Part shown: positions 26,170-38,685 of the stretch, one piece after another | How the letters are laid out: every line of letters starts with the position of its first letter | How positions within the stretch are numbered: the stretch's first letter is position 1 | From: Octopus bimaculoides | Lineage: Eukaryota | Direction: 5' to 3' | Assembly (NCBI RefSeq): GCF_001194135.2 | Contig: NC_068987.1 | Span: 18,182,678-18,246,677, forward strand | DNA length: 64,000 nucleotides | Made by a program: the position numbers and the translations under genes | The notes under the pieces: model-generated | The model's database searches: none | The model's input: the letters and a program-made list of their open reading frames with translations, nothing else | What the model was told of the DNA's origin: nothing

Positions 26170-29100
26170 GCAAATAAAAGGGTAAAGGATTATTAATTTA
26201 TTAATAAATTAATAATTAATAATTTTTACCAAGTACTTCGGTATGTAAAAACCATTATCGGTAAAGAACTTATTAAAAAGTTCTTTTAAATTTATAAACA
26301 TAATTAAGGGATCNNNNNNNNNNNNNNNNNNNNNNNNNNNNNNNNNNNNNNNNNNNNNNNNNNNNNNNNNNNNNNNNNNNNNNNNNNNNNNNNNNNNNNN
26401 NNNNNNNNNNNNNNNNNNNNNNNNNNNNNNNNNNNNNNNNNNNNNNNNNNNNNNNNNNNNNNNNNNNNNNNNNNNNNNNNNNNNNNNNNNNNNNNNNNNN
26501 NNNNNNNNNNNNNNNNNNNNNNNNNNNNNNNNNNNNNNNNNNNNNNNNNNNNNNNNNNNNNNNNNNNNNNNNNNNNNNNNNNNNNNNNNNNNNNNNNNNN
26601 NNNNNNNNNNNNNNNNNNNNNNNNNNNNNNNNNNNNNNNNNNNNNNNNNNNNNNNNNNNNNNNNNNNNNNNNNNNNNNNNNNNNNNNNNNNNNNNNNNNN
26701 NNNNNNNNNNNNNNNNNNNNNNNNNNNNNNNNNNNNNNNNNNNNNNNNNNNNNNNNNNNNNNNNNNNNNNNNNNNNNNNNNNNNNNNNNNNNNNNNNNNN
26801 NNNNNNNNNNNNNNNNNNNNNNNNNNNNNNNNNNNNNNNNNNNNNNNNNNNNNNNNNNNNNNNNNNNNNNNNNNNNNNNNNNNNNNNNNNNNNNNNNNNN
26901 NNNNNNNNNNNNNNNNNNNNNNNNNNNNNNNNNNNNNNNNNNNNNNNNNNNNNNNNNNNNNNNNNNNNNNNNNNNNNNNNNNNNNNNNNNNNNNNNNNNN
27001 NNNNNNNNNNNNNNNNNNNNNNNNNNNNNNNNNNNNNNNNNNTTTTCGGAAAACTCTCCAGTGATCGTTGGGTTGTCACTCAAATCCACGATGCGCACTC
27101 TCAAGTGATCGTTGGACTGTCACTCAAATCCACAACACTAACTCTCAAGTGATCGTTGGGTTACCATTCAAATCCATGACACTCACCCTCTTGAGTATCG
27201 GCTAATATTTATGCCATGTTCAGTACTCAAATCCGACAATATTGAATTGTTGTGAACTCTTGTAGTTAGAATGAAAGATTAGTTAGTGTAAATGTTAAGT
27301 CGTAATTCTCTACGACAAAATGACTTTATTTCTAACTGTTCTATAAATGCCAAAATGTACATAATAAACTAATGTAGAAATTTAATTCTTTTTACTTCAC
27401 GTCATTTCAACTTCTTGAATTTGTTTCTGTATATTTATGAAACTGTAATTTTTTATGTGTAACGGTCAAAAGAATACAAATCTGTCTTCAACATACATGT
27501 ACGTATTGAACACACATTCAGCATCTTATGGAAGATGGACATTAAAGGGTGATGATGATGATGATGGTGGTGGTGGTGATGGTAACAGAACTCTGTGCTA
27601 ATGCAAAAATTTTCATGAATGCAATGCTTCTGTAATGCAGGTGATGCGATGCCTGATATTGAAAGTTTAATGAAATTTGTCTTGTAACTTACAGAATTTG
27701 TAGATAATAGTACATTACACCAGGTATTTGATCCATATTTCTGTTGAGATGCCGTAAATGCAAGAGCAAGTAATTTGTTAAAAACCTGCAAAAGAAATTT
27801 TTAAAAAAGAGAAAAAGTAAATTAATTAATCAAAGAAAGAAAACAAAATTGAATATTTTTTTTTAACCCCTTTCCAAATCAAACCTGCCAAGACTGTCAT
27901 TGGTTTTATGATACAAATTTCATGTTAATTAATGTTTCAAACATCAGACTCATAATTGCTTCAAATTTTGGCACAAGGCCAGCAATTTTAGAAGAGTGTA
28001 AGTCAATTATATTGACCCCAGTACTTGACTGGTACTCTAGTTTACTGATCACAAAAGGATGAAAGGCAACAATGACCTTGGTGGGATTTGAGCTCCAAGT
28101 GCCAGAAGAAATGTTGCTAAGCATTTTGTCAAATATACTATTAGTTCTGCCAGTTAACAGCCTTTATCAGCTTAATAATGAAAACTGAAGGTAACAACTC
28201 TGTACAAGAACCAGCATCATGGGTAGAGATATGAGATGTAAACAGATCAATGCAGGGAGAAAAAATGTCCATGTGCTGGCTGTAAAATGGTTACCATTCA
28301 TAGCAGATTTTTTTGGCATTTTGATCTGGAGTAAGGGGTTGTACCAAGGATTCTATAGGCCTTCCAAAACTGGTGAGATCCAAACTGTTTATGTACCTCA
28401 TCAATAGATGCAGGAAAAATATGGAAAAAAAGGGAATTCCAGAGAGTTAACAGTTTGTCAGAACAAATGTGGTCACTGTTATAGTAGAAATAAAGTTCTC
28501 TTTGGTAAAGAATTTCAATTCTCATTTATTGTAAACAGGAGTGCTCGACTCGTGAGAATTATCTTCTCCAACATAGGCTCAGGTGTGGCTGCATTGTTAA
28601 GAAGTTTGCTCCCCAACCACATGGTTTTGAGTTCAATCCCACACTACAACACTTCGGACAAGTGCCTGCTACTATAGACCCAAGCCAATGAAAGTCTTAT
28701 GAGAGGAGACAATAACACACACACACACACATGTATATATAGTGTCAGTGTTACTTAAAAAGCACCCATGCCGGTGCTGCATAAATGCACCCACGCTAGT
28801 GGCACATAAAAAGCACCCAGCACACTCTGTTAATTGGTTGGCATTGGGAAAGGCGTCCAGCCATAGAAACCAAGCCTCAACAGACAGCTGGAGTCTGGAC
28901 AGCTCTCTACTAAGCCAGCTCCATGTCAAACCATCNNNNNNNNNNNNNNNNNNNNNNNNNNNNNNNNNNNNNNNNNNNNNNNNNNNNNNNNNNNNNNNNN
29001 NNNNNNNNNNNNNNNNNNNNNNNNNNNNNNNNNNNNNNNNNNNNNNNNNNNNNNNNNNNNNNNNNNNNNNNNNNNNNNNNNNNNNNNNNNNNNNNNNNNN

Positions 29101-30072
29101 NNNNNNNNNNNNNNNNNNNNNNNNNNNNNNNNNNNNNNNNNNNNNNNNNNNNNAAAAAGCATTATCTGAACATAATCGATGCCTGGGCTTATGCATTAGT
29201 TTGAAAATAAAAAATACAAACAAAAAAAAATCAAACAATAAAGCAAAAGAAAAAAAAAACAAGAAAAAATGCATAAATAAAAAGATAACAAAATAATGGT
29301 ATTTCTTTACCTGAAGCAATAATTCATAGCCAATTCTAATTTCCAAGATTCTAATCACTAAATGAGCTTTTTTAAAGAATATATCTGCATATTTAGGGGA
29401 TATAAGGTGAGGATTTTTCACTGAAAAATGTAATGAACTTGGTTCTTTTAAAGCAGAAGGATCTAAAACAATGGCACAATTCTTCTCATAGTCCGCAACT
29501 TCTTTCATTTCCTACAATAATAATTAAGAAAGTAAGGAATCAACAAGGGGAAAATATGAAAATAAACACATTTATATTCTGATATATAACAATACTTTTA
29601 ATCAAATGATGTATATTCCTTTACCTGTTTCAGTCATTTGACTGTGGCCACACTGGAGCACCACTTTACAAGGTTCTTTTTTTTTAGAATCAAAGAAATC
29701 AATCCCAACACTTACTCTTTGTAAGCCTAGTATGTACTCTGTCGGTCACTTTTGCTGAAACACTAAGTTGCAAGGACGTAAACTTACCAACATCGGACAA
29801 ACACAGACACAAAGACACACATAAATACATACACACACACACACACACATATATATTATACAACGGGCTTCTTTTCAGTTTCCATCTACCAAATCTATTC
29901 ACAAGGATTTGGTTGGCCCAAGGCTATAGTAGAAGACACTTGCCCAAGCTGCCATGCAGTGGGACTGAATCCGGGACCATGTGATTGGGAAGCGAGTTTC
30001 TTACCACACAGCCATGCCTGTGCTTATTCCCACAGCCATGCCTGCACCTATCCACACAGCCACGCCTGCACC

Positions 30073-30104
<32 letters not shown>

Positions 30105-33100
30105 GGAAAATGAAAAATAATAATAAGGCAGAATGCTAAGCTGGAAGCATATTTTAATAAAGATTTCTAACTGGCTTTCATTGCATAGCAAATTTTCAAG
30201 AAGAGGGAGAATGAAAATGTTTTTTACAAAGAAGTACAAAATGAAGAAAATAATGTATAAAAAAAAATAAATATACCAATACATTATATTGTCTTTGAGC
30301 TTTTAAAGTTCAATGGTAATTCATGTAGATAATGGTTGGAAAGATAAGGATGCATGACAGTTGTGTTAGGTTTAAAAAAAGAGAAAAGGGGTTAAAAGTT
30401 TGTGTTAAGTTTATGCCTGTTCCTAGNNNNNNNNNNNNNNNNNNNNNNNNNNNNNNNNNNNNNNNNNNNNNNNNNNNNNNNNNNNNNNNNNNNNNNNNNN
30501 NNNNNNNNNNNNNNNNNNNNNNNNNNNNNNNNNNNNNNNNNNNNNNNNNNNNNNNNNNNNNNNNNNNNNNNNNNNNNNNNNNNNNNNNNNNNNNNNNNNN
30601 NNNNNNNNNNNNNNNNNNNNNNNNNNNNNNNNNNNNNNNNNNNNNNNNNNNNNNNNNNNNNNNNNNNNNNNNNNNNNNNNNNNNNNNNNNNNNNNNNNNN
30701 NNNNNNNNNNNNNNNNNNNNNNNNNNNNNNNNNNNNNNNNNNNNNNNNNNNNNNNNNNNNNNNNNNNNNNNNNNNNNNNNNNNNNNNNNNNNNNNNNNNN
30801 NNNNNNNNNNNNNNNNNNNNNNNNNNNNNNNNNNNNNNNNNNNNNNNNNNNNNNNNNNNNNNNNNNNNNNNNNNNNNNNNNNNNNNNNNNNNNNNNNNNN
30901 NNNNNNNNNTTTATCTGTCTCTTTTGCCGAACTGCTAGGTTACGGGGACGTAAACACACCACCATCGATGTTGGGGGGGGACAAACAGACATACAAACAT
31001 ATTCACACACATGCATATATATGATGGGCTTCTTTCAGTTTCTGTCTTACAAATCCACTCACAAGGCTTTGGTCGGCCCGAGGCTATAGTAGAAGACACT
31101 TGCCCAAGGTGCCACGCAGTGGGAATGAACCCAGAACCATGTGGTTGGTAAGCAAGCTACTTACCACACAGCCACTCCTGCGCCTATATATATATATTTT
31201 TTTTTTAAGAGTAAAGCAGTTAAGAATAACTCTTTTGTTACCCTATTTCTATTAAAATATACTGCTGAGAGGCAAGAGTATGATAGAGGGGTAGGAAGAG
31301 GCGTCTTGCTGTAGAGGAAAATATGTGACTTCCTCAGCTGGAAGAAGAGAAATGTTGGGAAAGCGATGTCAGGACAAACCCTCAAGGTACAAGAGGGAGA
31401 ATGCAAGTGAAAAAGGGACAGAGGAACAAGTGAGTGGGGATTGGGGCAGAGGATCAGGTAAGTACACAAGAGTGTAATATGAGCAGATGTGGTTGTGTTG
31501 ATAAGTTGTTTGGTATGCTCTACTTCTTTCTTTCTTTCTTTGTTATGTTCTTATGGATGAGATAAATTTTTACAAATTTGGACTCAGGCATTTTTGCTTT
31601 CAAAGCAACCAAGCAAATGATTTTACACCTGAATGCTTTCATCCCTTTCAAACAATTAATTGCTCAACTATAAAACATAACCATACAATTTGTTGTCAAC
31701 CACGTAAGCTGTTTTAATGCCTCGACCCAGAGTAAAACTAAACAGAGGAAAAATAACTAGAGTACTGTATTTGACGGGCTGTACAGTTCACAGTGAAAAC
31801 ACATGGCTCAGGAGTTAGCACGTCAGACTCACAATCAAGAGGCAGTAAGTTCAATTCCTGGACCAGGCTGTATGTTGTATTCTTGAGCAAGATACTTTAT
31901 TTTATGTTGCTCCAGTTCACTCAGCTGTAGAAATGCCAAGCTGTATCAGCCCTTGTTTTTCCCTCAGATAACATCGGTGGCATGGAGAGGAGAGCTGGTA
32001 TGCATGAGTGACTGCTGGTCTTCCATAAACAACCTTGTTCAGACTTGTGCCTCAGAGGGGAACTTTCTAGGTACAAACCCATGGTCATTCATGTGTGAAG
32101 GTGGTCTTTATGTTTTACCCTTTACAGTTCATCATCATTCATCATTTAACGTCCGCTTTCCATGCTAGCATGGGTTGGACGATTTGAATGGGGACTGGTG
32201 AACCAGATGGCTACAACCAGACTCCAATCTGATCTGGCAGAGTTTCTACAGCTGGATGCCCTTCCTAACGCCAACCACTCCAAGAGTGTAGCGGGTGCTT
32301 TTTATGTACCACCGGCACAAGGGCATAAACTTATAAGGCACACCTCAATTTTGGCAGGCCCATTCTCAAACCACCACTTGCCAATAACCTAAACCCAAAA
32401 CCCTTTGTCACCTAAAAACATATACAGTTCACCCAACAGGTTACCATATTGAGGTTTTTCTTTTTTTTTTTTTTTTTTTTTTTTTTTGTAATTTGCTTAC
32501 CTTTGAGATAAAATAGCGATATTCATTGTTTCCAAAAGATCTTTTAACAAACAGTCCAGTTAGATAACCTGCTATGCCTTTGGTGAGCCAAGCATCAGTC
32601 CTGCCAATTAAAAAAAAGAAAAGACCATTTAACGACGCAACTGTCATCATCATTGTTTTAATGTCCACTTTCCCATGCTAGCATGGGTTGGACAGAGTTT
32701 GAGAAAGATTTTCTACAACCAAGATACCTTTCTTGCTGTTAACCCTTACTTGTTTTCAAGCAAAGTAATATCACCAAATGACTACACATATTTTCACAGA
32801 ATACTAGAAATCAATGACACATCATCATCATCATTTACAACAAATGTGTGATGTCAATGAATGTCACTGATTTCCAGTATTCTGCAAAAAACATGCATTC
32901 CACTACAGCAAGACACCTGTTTCTACCTCTCTGTCACACTCTAACCTTTCATCATCTGACACAAGATCACCTCTTCCAATGCTCCCTCTCGTCTCAAAGA
33001 TTCTTCGTCTTGCAAGTTGATTGGTAGCCCTGCCAGTGCTGGTGCCACGTGAAAAGCATCCCATCTACACTGTAAAGTGACTGGCATTTGGAAGGGCATC

Positions 33101-34163
33101 CAGATGTAAAAAAACCATGCCAAAACTGACCTCGCATTTGCTGGTGCAACATAAAAAGCACAGTCCACTCTGTAGTGTGGTTAGTGTTAGGAAGGGCATC
33201 CATGCCAAAACAGACACAGAAGTCTGGTGCAGTCCTCTGCCTGGCCAGCTCCTGTAAAACTGTCCAACCCATGCCAGCTTGGAAGGTGGACGTTAAATGA
33301 TGATGATGATAATGATGATATATATGATGGGCTTCTTTCAGTTTCCATCTCACAAATTCACTCAAGGTTTTGTTGGACCAACACTATAGTAGAAGACAAC
33401 TTTCCCAAGGTGCCACTCAGTAGAACCAGACTATGTGATTGGAAAATAAATTCCTCAACCACACAGCCACACTTGCACCCATTATTCATATTTTGTTATT
33501 TATTTTCTAAATGGTTTTACATGTCAGCAGATGATTCTGCAATATGATTATACCAAATGAACAGCTTTTTCTACAAGGAAAATGGGGGAAAGTTTTGGGG
33601 GCTTTTTTTTTTTCCAGAGGGAGAGAAGTACCTGTGATCATTCTACAGAGTTTCCAAGTCTGGTAGAAAATAGGAAAGCTCTTAATATCATCATACCAAA
33701 GACCCAGTCCAAATACTCACAACAGAGAGAACTCCATTAAAAGCACAGAAGCCTGGATGGGGCTGATAAACCAGGTAACAATTAGAATAGATATGTAAAG
33801 GCAAGTATCTTGTTTAAGGGACACAGTTCAATAGCTTCTATTAACCCATTACCTAACAGTGATCTCATACGAGATCACTTAAAAATTACAAATTTCGTAA
33901 TTATCTGTCAATATTTACACATATCTAACCTTTTTGCTATATCTACTAGGTATATTTCTCTGATATTCAAATGAGGTTTGTTAATTTTTCACCCAATATC
34001 TCACTTATTTCTATTTAAAATGTTATTTTGAAATGTTATTTTGATCATTCCAGTGTGTTTCTAAGGCTGTTTTATGCTAGAAATCAAAGTTTCATAAAAA
34101 ATTCCAGTTAATAGAATTATGGGAGGTAATGGGTTAAGAATGCATGTGTGTGTATGTGCATAA

Positions 34164-34203
<40 letters not shown>

Positions 34204-35046
34204 ATAAAAAAAGAGGAAAAGATAAATCATTTGTCTCAAATTTTGCCAGAGGACTGGCAGTTTTGAGGGAGGGGATAAGTTGATTACATCAACTCTAGTG
34301 GTCTACTGATATTTATTTTACCAACCTCAAAAGAATGAAAAGCAAAGTTGACCTCAGTGGAATTTGAACCCAGAGCGTAAAGACAGACAAAATTAGACTA
34401 AGCATCTTGCCATGCAAAGATTGTGCAGCTCACCGCCTTAAGAGAAAGGGATTAATTATGAAAACAACTAAAATATGCAGGTTATTTCAAAACATAAAAA
34501 AATAAATAAAAAAACACAAACGGTAGTGGGGAAGAAATTCAATGTAAAGGCAGAAGCACAGAACCAGCAGAAACGGGAATAAAAATTCCTACTTACCATG
34601 ATTGCATAGTTATGAAGTTACCGAAGAACTGTTGTGCCACAGCAAATGCCATGAGGTGACGAGATATCAGAGTTTGGTCAATGACACGAGAGGAATGGAG
34701 AAGTGATGTACTGAAAACAGATGAGGATTCCATAATCATTGTCATGCACTCAGAAATGCAAAATGTGGATTGTCGGAAAGAAAAATACATACAAAAAAAA
34801 ATAATAAAAACACAAACAAAAAGACCAGTTTCCACTCTCAAACAGGATTCTTCACTCACGTCTGTAATGTCGCTATTTTGAAAAAGTCTGTTGTGTTAGG
34901 TGCAGGTGTGGCTGTGTGGTCAGCAGCTTGCTTCCCAACCTCATGGTTCCAGGTTCAGTCCTACCGCATGGTACCTTGGACAAATGTCTTCTACTATAGC
35001 CCTAGGCCAACAAAGCCTTGTGAGAGGATTTAGTAACCAGAAACTC

Positions 35047-35088
<42 letters not shown>

Positions 35089-36022
35089 TGTCTTTGCGTT
35101 GGTTCCCTACAAACACTAACAATCAGTGTTGGTTTGCTAACGTCCTTGCAACTAAGCAGATCGGCAAATGAAACCGATAGAATAAGTACGAAGCTTAAAA
35201 TGAATAAATGGATAAATCCTGGGGTCGATTCGTTTCACTAAAACCATTCAAAGCAATGCTACAGCATGACCAGTTATGATTGAAAGAAATAACAAGCAAA
35301 AGATAAAAGACAAACTGATTTTCATGGAGTTATCTCCCTTGCTTCCTGCTGATTTTTTNNNNNNNNNNTTTGCGTTGGTTCCCTACAAACACTAACAATC
35401 AGTGTTGGTTTGCTAACGTCCTTGCAACTAAGCAGATCGGCAAATGAAACCGATAGAATAAGTACGAAGCTTAAAATGAATAAATGGATAAATCCTGGGG
35501 TCGATTCGTTTCACTAAAACCATTCAAAGCAATGCTACAGCATGACCAGTTATGATTGAAAGAAATAACAAGCAAAAGATAAAAGACAAACTGATTTTCA
35601 TGGAGTTATCTCCCTTGCTTCCTGCTGATTTTTTTTTTTTTTTAAATTCACAGAGAACTTTTGTCTATACACACATACACATAATAGCAAAAATGGGCTG
35701 AGGTTCACCACAGCTGTTTCAGACGCGTTTTTTGATTGATGAACAAATCAATTACATCGTGAAAAGACAATAAGAATATTGATCTGTTCATGTACATGAA
35801 AAGTAAATCCTTATATTCACACGCTGATATATGACTTATGTTGGACCCCTTATTCACATAATCACCAAACTTGGAGCTTAACTGTGGTCTACAATAGCAC
35901 TTACTCAGCATTACCTGAAACCTCTGGGTCTAATTGACACCACTATCGCTCATAACCTATATATATATATATATATATATNNNNNNNNNNNNNNNNNNNN
36001 NNNNNNNNNNNNNNNNNNNNNN

Positions 36023-36062
<40 letters not shown>

Positions 36063-38654
36063 GTGCATGAGTGTACATCAGTTGGCTAATGATGATGATG
36101 ATGGAATGATGATGGTCATGTGTGGAACACCTTTGACGGTAAGTCTTTGATTTAATCAAGTCTGACACGGTGCTAAACAATAGCACCTGCAACAACAACA
36201 ACAACGACAACTTACCTAAATATTGTCATGGTGGCATAAGGACAGCATTCCATAAAAGATTCATCCACAAAGACTTGTTTGTAGCATGAATATGGGAATC
36301 TACTAGACATCAATTCTTCAAAAAATTCAAAAGCCTGTGAAGAAAATAAATGGTCTATAATCAGGTTTGTAATTATGACCCACCCTAACTTACCCACCTG
36401 CCTGTTCTGATTTTCTGTAACTATTCTCTCTTCTACTTATCTTATAAATCATCGCTGCCTTTTTTCTCTCAACATCTTTGCAGTTACTCCCTCCCTTTCT
36501 TATATAAAGCAGGATGGCCATGTATCACTTCTACAGCAAGACACCTATTTCAGTTGTCTTATATTTTAGCCTCTCAACATTTAGCTTAAAGCTATCTCCC
36601 TGTATACTATGCTCCCACTCAATTAAGTGGGGTATCTTTTAGCTAGCAATTCGCTAGTGCCAGTGTCATGAGAAATAAGTACACCCGTCACCTCTCTGTG
36701 AAGTGGTTGGTGCTAGGAAGGGTATCCATCCACAGAAGCCATGCCCAAGTAGAGAGTGAAGCACTAGGCTAACAAAGAATAAGTCCTGGGGTCGATTTGT
36801 TCGACTGAAGGCAGTCCTCCAGCATGGTCGCAGTCAAATGACTGAAACAAGTAAAAGAGAACAGGAAGTTTGCATCATAGACCCAAAGGTAGTCCCAGAC
36901 AGGTTGATGCCAAAAGGGTAAAAGGATAATAAAAAAAAGGATTTTAAGAAAATTAAGAAGAATTATTTAATCAACTTACTTCGTGAATAAAGGCTGTTGT
37001 GTTCTTCATAATGGTACGTAAATGTGGAAGACAAAAGTGGGTAACTTCATGCATATTGGGATCAACTAGAATTTCAAAAGGTCTGAAATAAGAGAAATTA
37101 TTTGGGGGGGTCTTTAAAAAAATTATCAACAACATTAAAATGAAAGAAATTATGAAAAGGACAACTTAGAAAATTTTTCACAGTAAAGTTTCCATCTTGA
37201 AATAGTTAACTCTTCAGTCATTTGACTGCGGCCATGCTAGAGCACCGCCTTTTAGTTGAGCAAATCAACCCCAGGACTTATTCTCTGGAAGCCTAGTACT
37301 TATTCTATCGGTCTCTTTTGCCAAACCGCTAAGTTACGGGGGACGTAAACACACCACCATCGGTTGTCAAGCAATGTTGGTGGGGGACAAACACCGACAC
37401 ACAAACACATACACATACATACATACTAAGGTACTTGAATTGGTTAACAAATTACAAAATCTCACCACTAACATGGTAGTCTTTCAAAGAGTGAGACGCC
37501 AGCAGGTAAACCTGTGATGTGTACATGCCATAACCTTCAACAGTTGCTTGGACATTAGTGACAGTCTTACTTTTTTCCATTTCCCATGGACCATCAAGCA
37601 ATGAGAGATTTCCACCCATCATAGTTACAAGACCTATGATGAGTCTATTCCCAGGCCAGGCCCGTAGTACTCAACCAAATCTTGACCAGACATTGATGAA
37701 GTGGCCAGCATTTATTTCACAAGAAGTGTACCTCTTCCAGCTGAATAATTGAGTAAAAGACTCAAGAATAGGGTAGGAATGCTTAAAGGTTTACAAATGA
37801 AATAAACAAGATAGAGATGCCAAGAATCATGCAGTTAAATGTTGAAATCTCACCAGTAGATAACACAGAAAATAAAAAAGAAAAGCATCTAACCACTTAC
37901 CCTATGGCCAGGGCTATATTTGGGGCAGAGGTAGGTGTTGACAAGAAATAATGAAAAGTTTTGTTCTTGCGATCACTTGTAGCCACAATTTCTATTAAGT
38001 CTCCGCAAGACACGGCAGTTAGAAGGCGATCAACAGTGAATTCCAGTTTCCAAGTGCATGGTTCACTATAGCTATCAATGCAGGGGAACCACAATCTAAA
38101 AAAAAGAAAATGGCAGACGACATTAAAATATTAGCAGGTTGTCAAGGGACACAAAAACAATTTCTAAAATTGGAATTAAACTAAGGGTATATATAATTAT
38201 AGGTGTGGGAATGGCTGTGTGGTTAAAAAACTTGCTTCTCAAACACATGGTTTCAGGTTCAATTATGCTGTGTAGAACCTTCGGCAAAACACACCAATAT
38301 CCTAGACTGGATCCTAAAAAAGGTCATGCATGTAATCACACACTAACACAATCCAAACACTGACCCACAAACGTCCTGACACTTCTCTCTCTCTCTCTGT
38401 TTTTCTACGACTACTATAATGACCACAATCCCTCAAAGGCAGTTGGTCTTGTGCTATCTCTACTCAGGTATTCCCAACTCACTCATCTCTCTATTCACTA
38501 CTATTTTTAACATGTTAAAAGACCATATATAGACATTCCTCATTACTTTGTTAAGTGTAGACATAGAATAAATGTAACCTATATCTCTGCAAGACATAGG
38601 TCACATCTTTTACCAATGAATGTTTCCCCCCTTTACATTTTAAATTTTTTGCTA

Positions 38655-38685
<31 letters not shown>

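Noticed and set aside
27060-27191. CRISPR-like repeat-spacer look of the 44-bp units
   Set aside because: Variable parts are only ~13 nt and related to each other, there are no cas genes, and the context is a eukaryotic intron.
35094-35640. About 265-bp perfect tandem duplication
   Set aside because: The copies flank a 10-N gap, a typical unmerged contig overlap. Same for 57850-58213, 59590-59695 and 63187-63245.
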